Below are positions 9,051 to 18,053 of a DNA stretch of 39,761 nucleotides, one piece after another. The position numbers were made by a program, and so were the translations under genes. Position 1 is the stretch's first letter. Every line of letters starts with the position of its first letter. The notes beneath the pieces are model-generated. The model had not been told where the DNA came from, did not search any database, and worked only from the letters and a program-made list of their open reading frames with translations. Location of the stretch: positions 1-39,761 of the forward strand of contig CAZSZY010000005.1 of assembly GCA_964611285.1 (NCBI GenBank), written 5' to 3'. The stretch comes from an uncultured Methanosarcinales archaeon. Its GTDB lineage: Archaea > Nanobdellota > Nanobdellia > Woesearchaeales > SKGA01.

Positions 9051-9360
9051 ATTTGATCCAATAACAGGCCTTCCTAAGGAATTATCCGCGTGGGATAATA
9101 TAGCAAAGGAAAATCAAACAGTAAACGTTTCAATTATCAAAAAAAAGTTTGGAAAACAATATACAATTATTGATGGTATCAACGCAAGCGAAATCAACAT
9201 CAAAGATGTTGCAAAAAAACTAAAAAACAAATTCGCTTGTGGAGGAACAGCAAAAAAAGATGTAATTGAACTTCAAGGAAACCACATTAAAACAATAAAG
9301 GATGCATTGGTTGAATTCGGCTTTACGCCAGAAACCATTCAATTGAAAAGTGGAAAGTGA
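9043..9360 (+). CDS. Translation initiation factor aSUI1 (eIF1 family)
   Basis: KFGKQYTIIDGI...LKNKFACGGTAKKDVIELQGNH is the SUI1 signature. This is the usual archaeal position between L29 and Rpp29. Confidence 0.92.
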   Translation: MVEFDPITGLPKELSAWDNIAKENQTVNVSIIKKKFGKQYTIIDGINASEINIKDVAKKLKNKFACGGTAKKDVIELQGNHIKTIKDALVEFGFTPETIQLKSGK

Positions 9361-9595
9361 AAATTACATCGGAAAAACGTGCACAATAACTAAAGCGAAA
9401 AACAAAGCATATGAAGGTCTCAACGGAACCATCATCAACGAAACAAAAAACACCATTGTGTTACTCGTTAATGGAACCGAAAAAAAGATCCTCAAGAATG
9501 CCGCAACATTCACAATCAACAAAAAAAAGGTCGAAGGAAAAAACATCATAAAACATATTGAAGACCGAATCAAATCCAGAGGAAAAAAACAATGA
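9350..9595 (+). CDS. rnp1: RNase P protein component 1 (Rpp29/Pop4 family)
   Basis: 81 aa; IGKTCTITKAKNKAYEGLNGTIINETKNTIVLL...KKILKNAATFTI matches the Rpp29 Sm-like barrel pattern. GTG start. Conserved position before S17. Confidence 0.85.
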   Translation: MESENYIGKTCTITKAKNKAYEGLNGTIINETKNTIVLLVNGTEKKILKNAATFTINKKKVEGKNIIKHIEDRIKSRGKKQ

Positions 9596-9855
9596 ATAAC
9601 ATCAGCGTGAGAGGAAAAACATTCACAGGCATCGTAGTTAGTGCTAAAATGCACAAAACAGTTCTTGTAGAATGGGAACGACGAGTTGCAATTCCAAAAT
9701 ATGAGCGTTTCGAAAAACGACGATCAAAAGTTGCAGCACACAATCCTGATGAAATTAATGCGCAAGAAGGCGACATTGTTAAAATTCAAGAAACAAAACC
9801 CATTTCAAAAACAAAGAATTTCGTTGTAATTGAAATTATCAAAAAGGCAGAGTAA
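9592..9855 (+). CDS. rps17: 30S ribosomal protein uS17
   Basis: GKTFTGIVVSAKMHKTVLVEWERRVAIPKYERFEKRRSKVAAHNP. Confidence 0.96.
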   Translation: MNNISVRGKTFTGIVVSAKMHKTVLVEWERRVAIPKYERFEKRRSKVAAHNPDEINAQEGDIVKIQETKPISKTKNFVVIEIIKKAE

Positions 9856-9856
9856 A

Positions 9857-10258
9857 ATGAAAGCAATAAAAGCAAAAATCACAAATGGTTTACAGACAGG
9901 TTCTGTACTAGAAACATGTGATAACTCTGGAGCAAAAGTTATCAAAATCACAGGCGTAAAAAGGAAAAAAACTGTTAAAGGTCGAATACCCGGTGCAGGT
10001 GTTGGCGACATGGTCATAGCATCCGTAAAAAAAGGAAGACCTGACATGAGAAAAACAGTTGTTTTCGCAATCATTGCACGTCAGAAAAAAGAATATCGAA
10101 GACCAGATGGTACTCGAGTAACTTTTGAAGATAACTCAGCAGTTGTTCTAAAGGATGACAAAGGAAATCCAAAAGGAACAATCTTCAAAGGACCAATTGC
10201 AAAAGAAGTAGCAAACAAATGGCCTGCTGTTGCAAAAGTAGCAAACACAATCATATAA
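9857..10258 (+). CDS. rpl14: 50S ribosomal protein uL14
   Basis: ETCDNSGAK...GDMVIASVKKG...FEDNSAVVL motifs. Start set to ATG 9857, immediately after the rps17 stop, instead of the track start at 9830 that overlaps rps17. Confidence 0.95.
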   Translation: MKAIKAKITNGLQTGSVLETCDNSGAKVIKITGVKRKKTVKGRIPGAGVGDMVIASVKKGRPDMRKTVVFAIIARQKKEYRRPDGTRVTFEDNSAVVLKDDKGNPKGTIFKGPIAKEVANKWPAVAKVANTII

Positions 10259-10279
10259 AATTATTAACAGGAAAACAAA

Positions 10280-10666
10280 ATGAAATCAGCATTTTCAATA
10301 CAATGGATTAAAAGCATACAACCGCGAAAGCAACGAAAGTATCGTTTTAATGCTCCGGCTCATATTAGAAGTAAATTTATGGCTGTTCGTCTAGTTAAAG
10401 AATTACAAAAGAAGTATGAAACAAGATCACTACGTGTAAGAAAAGGCGATAAAGTAAAAATCCTTAGAGGAACATTCAAAGGTCATGCAGGAACTGTTGA
10501 AAAAGTAATTGCAATCCGAGAACAAGTATTTGTATCCGGTGCTGAAAACGTCAAAAAAGATGGCGGAAAAGTTCCTTACCCAATTCATCCATCAAATTTA
10601 CTGCTTACAACTATTGTAACAGATGATAAGCGAAGATTCAAAAAACAAAAATCAGAAGAGAAATAA
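10280..10666 (+). CDS. rpl24: 50S ribosomal protein uL24
   Basis: KOW motif VRKGDKVKILRGTFKGHAGTVEKV, plus synteny. Confidence 0.95.
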   Translation: MKSAFSIQWIKSIQPRKQRKYRFNAPAHIRSKFMAVRLVKELQKKYETRSLRVRKGDKVKILRGTFKGHAGTVEKVIAIREQVFVSGAENVKKDGGKVPYPIHPSNLLLTTIVTDDKRRFKKQKSEEK

Positions 10667-10667
10667 A

Positions 10668-11357
10668 ATGGTAAAACAACACCTTAAACGATTAGCATCA
10701 CCACGAACTTGGCCTATTGGCAAAAAAACTTTAACTTTTGTAGCTCGGCCGCTTCCCGGACCAAACAAAAAGGAACATTACTTACCAATCACAGTTATAC
10801 TTAGAGATTTAATTGGTATTGCATCAACAACAAAAGAAGTAAAGTTTATTCAACACAACAAAGATTGTTTAATTGATGGAAAAGTAAGTCATGATAACAA
10901 ACAACCTTTAGGTCTTTTAGGCGTTGTATCTCTTCCTAAAATAAAAGAATCTTATAGACTAACAATCACCGAAAAGAACAAACTACAAGTCATTAAAGTT
11001 GATGAAAAAGAAGCAAACCAAAAAGTAAGTAAAATTATTGGTAAAACAATTCTAAAGAAAGGAAAAGTTCAATTAAACCTTTCAGACGGAAGAAATGTTC
11101 TTGTAGCAAAAGATACTTACAAAGTAGGAGATTCCTTACATTTAGAAGTTCCTTCTCAAAAAATAATTAGTGTTTTATCTTTTGAAAAAGGCGCCTTGGT
11201 CTTCCTTGACGGAGGATCTCACGTTGGAAAACTAGGAACTGTTGAATCAATAGAAAAAGAAACAATTACAATAAAATTCGAAAAAGAATTATACAAAACC
11301 AAAAAAGAATACGCAATAGTTATTGGTAAAGAAAAACCAATTATTACGGTGCAATAA
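10668..11357 (+). CDS. rps4e: 30S ribosomal protein eS4
   Basis: MVKQHLKRLASPRTWPI is the classic S4e N-terminus. Start set to ATG 10668, directly after the rpl24 stop. Confidence 0.95.
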   Translation: MVKQHLKRLASPRTWPIGKKTLTFVARPLPGPNKKEHYLPITVILRDLIGIASTTKEVKFIQHNKDCLIDGKVSHDNKQPLGLLGVVSLPKIKESYRLTITEKNKLQVIKVDEKEANQKVSKIIGKTILKKGKVQLNLSDGRNVLVAKDTYKVGDSLHLEVPSQKIISVLSFEKGALVFLDGGSHVGKLGTVESIEKETITIKFEKELYKTKKEYAIVIGKEKPIITVQ

Positions 11358-11359
11358 AA

Positions 11360-11869
11360 ATGAATGTGATGAAAGAAATTAAAATTGAGAAATTAACACT
11401 CAACATTGGTGCTGGACGAGATGAGAAAGTACTAGTTAAAGCCGTTAAACTTCTTAAAAACATCACAGGCATTGAACCTGTTCAAACTATCACAACTAAA
11501 AGATTAGCAGCGTGGGGTCTTAGACCAGGACTTCCAATTGGTGCAAAAATAACTCTTCGTGGAGAAGAAACACAAGCTTTAGTGAAAAGATTACTTGCAG
11601 CTAAAGAAAACAAAGTTAAACCAACTTGGTTTGATAACTTTGGAAATGTTTCCTTTGGAATTCACGAATATGTTGATATTCCTGAAGTAAAATATGATAC
11701 GGAAATAGGAATTTTAGGCTTACAAGTTTCGTTAACACTAGCAAGACCAGGATTTAGAATAAAAAAACGAAAAATGCGAAAAGCATCAGTTGGTAAAAAA
11801 CACCTTATCAGAAAAGAAGAAGCAATTAAATTCATGACCGATAACTTCGGTGTTACAATGGAGGAATAA
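11360..11869 (+). CDS. rpl5: 50S ribosomal protein uL5
   Basis: IEKLTLNIGAG...RLAAWGLRPGLPIGAKITLRG...FGIHEYVDIPEVKYD. Confidence 0.96.
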   Translation: MNVMKEIKIEKLTLNIGAGRDEKVLVKAVKLLKNITGIEPVQTITTKRLAAWGLRPGLPIGAKITLRGEETQALVKRLLAAKENKVKPTWFDNFGNVSFGIHEYVDIPEVKYDTEIGILGLQVSLTLARPGFRIKKRKMRKASVGKKHLIRKEEAIKFMTDNFGVTMEE

Positions 11870-11870
11870 G

Positions 11871-12101
11871 ATGACAACATCAGATCATACTAAAGTACTC
11901 AAACAAATTGGCAACAAGCCAGGTAAACACCAGAAGTATCTCAAACACAATTTACCACGTGAAAGAAAATTCGGAGAATCTACAAAAAAATGCGAAGTTT
12001 GTGGAAGAACCGGCGGTCACATTTCAAAGTACGGCATGAACATTTGTCGTCAATGCTTCCGAGACTATGCATTAAAACTCGGTTTTAAAAAATTCGATTA
12101 G
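11871..12101 (+). CDS. rps14: 30S ribosomal protein uS14 (zinc-binding type)
   Basis: CEVCGRTGGHISKYGMNICRQCFR zinc motif. Start set to ATG 11871. Confidence 0.93.
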   Translation: MTTSDHTKVLKQIGNKPGKHQKYLKHNLPRERKFGESTKKCEVCGRTGGHISKYGMNICRQCFRDYALKLGFKKFD

Positions 12102-12113
12102 GAGAAAAAGAAA

Positions 12114-12506
12114 ATGTCATTAAACGATCCTTTAGCAAGCGTATTGTCACAAATCAACAACGCAAAGAGAGTTGGTAAACAGCAAGTGACAACTAATATT
12201 AGCTCCACAATTATCAAAAAAGTTTTAGAAATCATGCACGACCAAGGATATATTGGAGACGTAGAAGAAATCATTGATGCAAAAGGAAATTACCTTATTA
12301 TCAATTTAATTGGTCACTTAAATGCTTGTGGTGTTATTAAACCTCGATTTTCCATCAAACTTGATGGTTTTGAAAAGTTTGAAAAAAGTTATTTGCCCGC
12401 AAGAGGATTTGGTGTACTTATTGTTTCAACAAACCAAAGTCTCATGACGCATGTTGAAGCAAAAGAAAAAGGAGTCGGTGGACGACTTATTAGTTATTGT
12501 TACTAA
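12114..12506 (+). CDS. rps8: 30S ribosomal protein uS8
   Basis: DPLASVLSQINNAKRVGK...VLIVSTNQSLMTHVEAKEKGVGGRLISYCY. Confidence 0.96.
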   Translation: MSLNDPLASVLSQINNAKRVGKQQVTTNISSTIIKKVLEIMHDQGYIGDVEEIIDAKGNYLIINLIGHLNACGVIKPRFSIKLDGFEKFEKSYLPARGFGVLIVSTNQSLMTHVEAKEKGVGGRLISYCY

Positions 12507-12520
12507 ATACTGAGAATAAA

Positions 12521-13066
12521 ATGAAAGCTGAAAACGTAAATGAAACAATTTCCTTGCCAGAAGGCGTAACTGCGCAAGCTACGCAAGGAATGTTAACTAT
12601 TAAAGGACCTAAAGGAGAAGTACAAAGAAACTTTCTTCATCCTAAAGTATTTGTTTCAGCTACGCAAGCAGATGTTGTTTTTGACGTAAAACTATTCGGC
12701 AAAGCAGAGAAAAAAATACTAAACACATTCAAAGCACACGTAAAAAATTTCATCAAAGGCGTAACAGAAGGCCATGAATACAAATTACGTATTTGTTCAG
12801 GTCACTTTCCAATGAACGTTTCAATTAAAGGAAATGGCTTGGAAGTTAAAAACTTCATCGGAGAAGCAGTTCCTCGAACATTAACATTCAAAGAAGGCAC
12901 TGACGTTAAACTTGATGGAGACATTATTACAGTTACAGGTATTAACAAAGAAGTAGTTGCACAAGGTGCTGCTTCAATCGAAAAACTAACTCGTCGAAAT
13001 GGTTTTGATAGACGTAGATTCCAAGACGGTATTTACATTACAGAAAAAGACGGTAAAAAATTATAG
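12521..13066 (+). CDS. rpl6: 50S ribosomal protein uL6
   Basis: TIKGPKGEVQRNF...YKLRICSGHFPMNVSIKG...RRRFQDGIYI. Start set to ATG 12521. Confidence 0.95.
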   Translation: MKAENVNETISLPEGVTAQATQGMLTIKGPKGEVQRNFLHPKVFVSATQADVVFDVKLFGKAEKKILNTFKAHVKNFIKGVTEGHEYKLRICSGHFPMNVSIKGNGLEVKNFIGEAVPRTLTFKEGTDVKLDGDIITVTGINKEVVAQGAASIEKLTRRNGFDRRRFQDGIYITEKDGKKL

Positions 13067-13075
13067 GTTAACTTT

Positions 13076-13702
13076 ATGGAACAACTCCTCACAATTAGAA
13101 AATTACTCAAAGGAAAAAAACCAACGTTTACTAGACATGACGCTCACAAAAAGAAAAGAGTAGGTATTGGCTGGCGAAGACCTAAGGGACGACAAAACAA
13201 AATGCGTTTACATCGAAAAGGTTACGCTAAAATTCGTTCAACAGGTTATGGATCGCCTGTTGCAGTCAAAGGATTATCCAAACAAGGTTTAACACAAAAC
13301 GTTGTTGCAAATTTAAAAGATTTTCAAACTCTTGACGCAAAAAAAGATGGAATTATTATTTCAGGAACTGTCGGCGCAAGAAAAAAAATAGTATTAATCG
13401 AATTTGCAGAAAAAAACAATTTCACAATTATTAATCTCGACGCAAAAGCTACGAAAAAGTCAATTGAGGACAAAGTAGAAGCAAAAAAAGCTCGAAGAAA
13501 AGTGCTCTTGAAACGAAAAGACACTAAAAAGAAAGCAAAAGAAAAAGCAGCAGCGAAAGATGATGCTGAAGCTAAAAAAGAAGAAGTAAAAACCAAAATG
13601 CAGGACACTGAAAAGCCAGTTTCAAAAGATGTGGAAACAGAAAAAGAAGCAAAGCTAGAAGAGAAAAAAGAACACGACAAAGTCCTCATAAGAAAAGAAT
13701 AG
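13076..13702 (+). CDS. rpl32e: 50S ribosomal protein eL32 with about 80-aa K/E/A-rich C-terminal extension
   Basis: PTFTRHDAHKKKRVGIGWRRPKGRQNKMRLHRKGY...GYGSP core, followed by a charged low-complexity tail. Confidence 0.94.
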   Translation: MEQLLTIRKLLKGKKPTFTRHDAHKKKRVGIGWRRPKGRQNKMRLHRKGYAKIRSTGYGSPVAVKGLSKQGLTQNVVANLKDFQTLDAKKDGIIISGTVGARKKIVLIEFAEKNNFTIINLDAKATKKSIEDKVEAKKARRKVLLKRKDTKKKAKEKAAAKDDAEAKKEEVKTKMQDTEKPVSKDVETEKEAKLEEKKEHDKVLIRKE

Positions 13703-13712
13703 GTCCTAAAAA

Positions 13713-14171
13713 ATGAAACTCAACGTGCAAAAAAGGCTGGCAGGAGACATTCTCAAATGTTCACCAAAAAGAGTGTGGTTCGCACCAGATAGACTTGCAG
13801 ATATCAAAGAAGCAATCACCAAAGCAGACATTAGAGGTCTCGTTGGCGAAGGCGTTATTGTAAAAGAGCAAGAGAAAGGAGTTTCTCGAGCAAGAGCAAA
13901 TCATCGCGCCATCCAACGAAGAAAAGGTTTACAACGAGGAGCAGGTAAACGAAAAGGTAAGAAAACCGCAATTGTTCCTCGAAAAGAAGCATGGATGTCT
14001 AAAATCCGAGCACAAAGATTACTATTAACTGACCTGCGTCAAGGAAAAGTTGTATCAGAAGAAACATACAAAAATCTTTATCGAAAAGCAAAAGGTGGTT
14101 TTTTCCGTAACAGACGTCACATAAAAGTTTATATTAAAGAACAAAATTTAGTACAGAAAAAGGAGAAGTAA
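13713..14171 (+). CDS. rpl19e: 50S ribosomal protein eL19
   Basis: LNVQKRLAGDILKCSPKRVWF...RGAGKRKGKKTA...WMSKIRAQR. Confidence 0.96.
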   Translation: MKLNVQKRLAGDILKCSPKRVWFAPDRLADIKEAITKADIRGLVGEGVIVKEQEKGVSRARANHRAIQRRKGLQRGAGKRKGKKTAIVPRKEAWMSKIRAQRLLLTDLRQGKVVSEETYKNLYRKAKGGFFRNRRHIKVYIKEQNLVQKKEK

Positions 14172-14175
14172 AAGA

Positions 14176-14691
14176 ATGGCTAAAAACGCAATATACACTC
14201 TGGCATTCAGACGAAAACGAGAAGGAAAAACTAATTACAAAAAAAGATTAGAGTTTTTGAAAAGCACAAAATCTCGTTTAGTTATTCGTAGATCTAACTC
14301 TGCTGTATCTATTCAATTTGTTAATTATGATCCTGATGGGGACAAAGTAGTTGTAACATTACATTCAAGTAAGTTAGAAAGCTTCGGTTGGAAGTTTTCA
14401 AAAAAATCATTACCAGCATGTTATTTGGCAGGTTTAGCAGCAGGAGTTGCTGCAAGTAAAAAAGGAGTTAAAGACGCAATTTTAGATATTGGTTTACAGA
14501 CACCAAAAAAAGGTTCTAGAATCTACGCAGCATTAAAAGGAGTTATTGATGCAGGAGTAACAGTTCCTAGCTCAGAAGAAATCTTCCCTTCCAAAGAAAG
14601 ATTATCTGGAAAGCATATTGTGGATTACAGAGACTCCGCTAAAACTTTACCAAAAACATTCGAAGACGTAAAGAAAAAAATACTATCATAG
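14176..14691 (+). CDS. rpl18: 50S ribosomal protein uL18
   Basis: LAFRRKREGKTNYKKRLEFLKS...RLVIRRSNSAVSIQFV...YLAGLAAG. Confidence 0.95.
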   Translation: MAKNAIYTLAFRRKREGKTNYKKRLEFLKSTKSRLVIRRSNSAVSIQFVNYDPDGDKVVVTLHSSKLESFGWKFSKKSLPACYLAGLAAGVAASKKGVKDAILDIGLQTPKKGSRIYAALKGVIDAGVTVPSSEEIFPSKERLSGKHIVDYRDSAKTLPKTFEDVKKKILS

Positions 14692-14702
14692 GTGACATTA
14701 TT

Positions 14703-15680
14703 ATGCGTGAAGAAATAAAAAAAGCATTTGACATTGGCTCTTGGCAACCTAAAACAGAATTAGGTAAAAAGGTAAAGTCAGGAGAAATAAAAGATATTGA
14801 TGAAATTTTAGGTAGTGGTAAGAAAATTTTAGAAACTGAAATTATTGATGCATTACTAAAAACAGAATCAGAACTTTTACTTATTGGTCAAGCTAAAGGT
14901 AAATTTGGTGGCGGTCAACGAAGAGTTTTCCGACAAACGCAGAAAAAAACTCGAGAAGGTAATAGACAATCATTTGCAACATTTGCTGTTGCAGGGGATG
15001 GTAATGGTCATGTTGGCGTGGGTTATGGTAAGTCTAAAGAAACTGTTCCAGCAAGAGAAAAATCTTTCCGACAAGCAAAACTTAATATGATGATGATAAG
15101 ACGAGGAACTGGTTCTTGGGAAGATCAAAGTGTAGAACCTCACTCAATTCCATTCGCAGTTGAAGGAAAATGTGGCTCTTACAAAATTATACTGATGCCT
15201 GCACCAAAAGGTAAAGGACTTATTTGTGACAAAGAAGTTGCAAAAATTCTCAAAGCAGCAGGAATTCAAAACATTTGGTCAAAAAGTTTTGGTCAAACAA
15301 AAAACAAAATCAATGTTATTAAAGCAACTATGCAAGCGCTAAGAAAACTTTCACAAGTAAGTGTTCAACCATCTCACAGAGATGTACTTGCAGTGACAGA
15401 AGGATCTTACGGCAAAGTTGAAAAACCACTTTTAATAGAAGAAATTGCAGCTGAAGCAAAAGCAGACGCAGAAGAAACAAAAGAAGAAGTAAAAACTGAA
15501 AAGCCAGTTACAGAAAAATCAGAAGTAACTAAGAAAGCCCCTGCAAAAAAAGCAGCTAAAAAAACAACTAAAAAAGAAGCAAAAACCGAAACACGAAGCA
15601 ACGATGTTGCTGGTGCGCAGAAACAAAAAGTTTCTAGCGAGCAGAACGCAGACAAACAGGAGGCGGCTAAAGATGAGTAA
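14703..15680 (+). CDS. rps5: 30S ribosomal protein uS5 with about 90-aa K/E/A/T-rich C-terminal extension
   Basis: FAVAGDGNGHVGVGYGKSKETVPAREKSFRQAK...GKCGSYKIILMPAPKGKGL core. The tail carries NDVAGAQKQKVSS. Confidence 0.95.
   Translation: MREEIKKAFDIGSWQPKTELGKKVKSGEIKDIDEILGSGKKILETEIIDALLKTESELLLIGQAKGKFGGGQRRVFRQTQKKTREGNRQSFATFAVAGDGNGHVGVGYGKSKETVPAREKSFRQAKLNMMMIRRGTGSWEDQSVEPHSIPFAVEGKCGSYKIILMPAPKGKGLICDKEVAKILKAAGIQNIWSKSFGQTKNKINVIKATMQALRKLSQVSVQPSHRDVLAVTEGSYGKVEKPLLIEEIAAEAKADAEETKEEVKTEKPVTEKSEVTKKAPAKKAAKKTTKKEAKTETRSNDVAGAQKQKVSSEQNADKQEAAKDE
15597..15640 (+). repeat. Copy 2 of the conserved module (agcaacgat-gttgctggtgcgcagaaacaaaaagtttctagcga) inside the rps5 tail
   Basis: Two consecutive potential hairpins: AGCAAC-GAT-GTTGCT and CGC-AGAAAC-AAAAA-GTTTCT-A-GCG. 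Near-identical to the copies in rps3 and rpl15. Confidence 0.9.
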
Positions 15681-16035
15681 AATAGCAGTAATCCTCGTTC
15701 GTGGTTTAGTTGGTATTAATAGAGATACTAAAGACACTCTAGCTTATCTTAACTTAAGAAAAAAACATGCTTGCGCAATTATTGAAGACACTCCAGTTAC
15801 TCGTGGAATGATTAAAAAAGCTCAAGGATACATTACCTTTGGTCCTGTAAGTGAAGAAGTACTCAAAGAACTTATCACAAAACGTGGCAAGACTAGTAAA
15901 GATAACAAAGTTTTCTTCCTAGCTCCACCTGTCGGCGGCTTTGAACGAAAAGGAATCAAACAATCATTTGTTGTTGGTGGCGTTTTAGGCGACCGAAAAG
16001 AAGCAATTAATGATTTACTCAAAAAAATGATGTAA
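15673..16035 (+). CDS. rpl30: 50S ribosomal protein uL30
   Basis: MSKIAVILVRGLVGINRDTKDTLAYLNLRKKH is L30-like. Start set to ATG 15673 (GGAGG 10 nt upstream, 8-nt overlap with the rps5 end) instead of the track start at 15604. Confidence 0.93.
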   Translation: MSKIAVILVRGLVGINRDTKDTLAYLNLRKKHACAIIEDTPVTRGMIKKAQGYITFGPVSEEVLKELITKRGKTSKDNKVFFLAPPVGGFERKGIKQSFVVGGVLGDRKEAINDLLKKMM

Positions 16036-16045
16036 GTGATGTATA

Positions 16046-16666
16046 ATGACTAATAACATTCGTAAAAAAAGCAGCAGACACCGAGGATCGTTCACTCATG
16101 GCCATGGCGAGAAGAAGAAAAGGCGAGGAGCAGGTCACCGAGGAGGCAGAGGTAATGCTGGTTCAGGAAAGCGTGGCGATGCAAAGAAACCATCCTACTG
16201 GAAAGACACAAAATATATGGGCAAGTTTGGATTTACCAATCCAACAACTAAAGATGTAAACACAATTAGCATCGCTCAGTTGAATTCATCAATTGAAAAT
16301 CTTGTTGCGGAAGGTTTTGCAACAAAAAATCAAAACAAATTCACAATAAATCTTACAGCAATGAATTGCGACAAACTTTTAGGTACTGGAAAACCAGTAG
16401 CCCAATATGTTATATCTGTTGCAGCTGCTACCGTTGGTGCTATTGAAAAAATCAAAGCAGCAGGTGGAGAAGTAATTATTGCTGTCAAAGAAGTTAAAGA
16501 AGTAAAACCAAAAGCAGAAGTAAAAAAACCTGCAAAATCAGAACCTAAAGTAGAGAAATCTGATAAAGCCGCAGAAAAACCTGTAGAGCAGAAAGCTAAA
16601 GCACAAAGCAACAAGGTTGCTGGTGCACAGAAACAAAAAGTTTCTAACAAGCCGTCTGCAGAGTAG
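16046..16666 (+). CDS. rpl15: 50S ribosomal protein uL15 with about 60-aa K/E/A-rich C-terminal extension
   Basis: SRHRGSFTHGHGEKKKRRGAGHRGGRGNAGSGKRG core. The tail carries NKVAGAQKQKVSN. Confidence 0.95.
   Translation: MTNNIRKKSSRHRGSFTHGHGEKKKRRGAGHRGGRGNAGSGKRGDAKKPSYWKDTKYMGKFGFTNPTTKDVNTISIAQLNSSIENLVAEGFATKNQNKFTINLTAMNCDKLLGTGKPVAQYVISVAAATVGAIEKIKAAGGEVIIAVKEVKEVKPKAEVKKPAKSEPKVEKSDKAAEKPVEQKAKAQSNKVAGAQKQKVSNKPSAE
16607..16650 (+). repeat. Copy 3 of the conserved module (agcaacaag-gttgctggtgcacagaaacaaaaagtttctaacaa) inside the rpl15 tail
   Basis: 32/35 identical to the rps5 copy over the core. Both inner hairpin stems (AGCAAC/GTTGCT and AGAAAC/GTTTCT) are retained. Confidence 0.9.
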
Positions 16667-16703
16667 GAAGCTTTTTAACTAATTATTGTGAGAAGGGATA
16701 GTA

Positions 16704-18050
16704 ATGGGCTACAAAGATTTACTTCGTTTCCTTCCGGAAGTGAAGTCACCAACACAAAAGCATCTTTCTTTTAAGCAGAAGCTCATTTGGACAGGTATTG
16801 TACTTCTCATTTTCTTTGTTCTTGGAGCAGTTCCTCTTTTTGGTTTAGATTCAGCTCCTTTGCAAAATTTCAAATTTCTTTCAGTTGTTCTTGGTGCTAG
16901 TTTTGGTTCCATTATTTCTTTAGGTATCGGACCAATTGTAACTGCATCTATTGTATTACAGCTTTTAGCAGGTTCAGGTCTTATAGGTATTGACACTTCA
17001 ACTGCTGAAGGAAAATCATTATTTCAAGGAACTCAAAAGATATTAACATATTTCTTCATTTTATTAGAAGGTATTATTTATGTAAAATTAGGTGGTTTGC
17101 AACCAATCTCAGGTTATGCTGGAGCAGTTATATTGCAGCTTTTCATTGGTGGTTTGATTATTGTTTTCCTTGATGATCTCTTGAACAAATGGGGTTTTGG
17201 AAGCGGTGTATCACTCTTTATTGCTGCAGGTGTATCGCAACAAATTTTTATTCAAGCATTAAGTCCTTTGCATCCAATTGAAGTAACAGGTATTGTTAAT
17301 CAAGAAGCATATGCTGGTGCAATACCAAAATTGTTTCAAGCATTATCACAAGGTCAAGCGGCAACAGCGGGCTTAGAACTCAGCATGATAGTTGCAACGT
17401 TACTGATTTTTGCTGTTGTTGTTTTTGCGCAAGCAATGAAAGTAGAGATACCACTCTCGTTTGGAAGAATACGTGGTCATGGTGTTCGATGGCCATTAAA
17501 TTTTGTCTATACAAATGTTCTACCAGTTATCTTAGTTTCTGCACTCGTTGCAAACTTACGATTATTTAGTTCGCTTGGTGGAGGAGGTAGTTGGATTAGT
17601 AGAAATCTTATTCCGTTTATTACTAACACTAATTTATTACAACACGTTATGAATCACAATGCTTCAGGTCTATTAATTATACAAAGTTTTACCTATATGT
17701 TGTTCTTTATGGCTGCTTCAGTGCTTTTTAGTTGGTTCTGGATGCAAACATCAGGTCTTGACCCAAAATCTCAAGCAAAACAAATGATGGCTTCAGGTCT
17801 ACAAATTCCAGGTTTTAGGAAAGATCAGCGAGTATTAGAAAGACTATTAAAGAAATATATCTATCCTTTAACAGTAATGGGAGGTTTATTCATTGGTTTC
17901 CTTGCATCCATAGCAGATATGACGGGTGCATTTGGAAGTGGTACTGGTTTACTTCTTACAGTTATGATTATCTACAAACTTTACGAAGATATTGCTAAAC
18001 AACACATGGAAGATATGAATCCTATGCTTCGTAAAATGATGGGTAAATAA
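16704..18050 (+). CDS. secY: Preprotein translocase subunit SecY
   Basis: 448 aa, about 10 TM segments, with LGIGPIVTASIVLQLL and GLQIPGFRKD motifs. Follows uL15 as in all prokaryotes. Confidence 0.96.
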   Translation: MGYKDLLRFLPEVKSPTQKHLSFKQKLIWTGIVLLIFFVLGAVPLFGLDSAPLQNFKFLSVVLGASFGSIISLGIGPIVTASIVLQLLAGSGLIGIDTSTAEGKSLFQGTQKILTYFFILLEGIIYVKLGGLQPISGYAGAVILQLFIGGLIIVFLDDLLNKWGFGSGVSLFIAAGVSQQIFIQALSPLHPIEVTGIVNQEAYAGAIPKLFQALSQGQAATAGLELSMIVATLLIFAVVVFAQAMKVEIPLSFGRIRGHGVRWPLNFVYTNVLPVILVSALVANLRLFSSLGGGGSWISRNLIPFITNTNLLQHVMNHNASGLLIIQSFTYMLFFMAASVLFSWFWMQTSGLDPKSQAKQMMASGLQIPGFRKDQRVLERLLKKYIYPLTVMGGLFIGFLASIADMTGAFGSGTGLLLTVMIIYKLYEDIAKQHMEDMNPMLRKMMGK

Positions 18051-18053
18051 ATA

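Noticed and set aside
9830-9856. Upstream-extended starts in the ORF track for rpl14 (9830), rps4e (10623), rps14 (11850), rpl6 (12497), rpl30 (15604), the primase gene (2239), scpB (31351) and the PC4-like gene (20408).
   Set aside because: In each case a downstream ATG gives the canonical conserved N-terminus. That ATG lies just after the preceding stop and/or has a GGAG-type site 6-10 nt upstream. The extensions would overlap the previous cistron with non-conserved residues.
8752-16650. Whether the three 35-nt repeats could be a CRISPR array or a mobile-element remnant.
   Set aside because: There are only three copies, spaced about 6.8 kb and 1 kb apart. All are in frame inside ribosomal protein genes. 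There are no regular spacers, cas genes, terminal inverted repeats or transposase.
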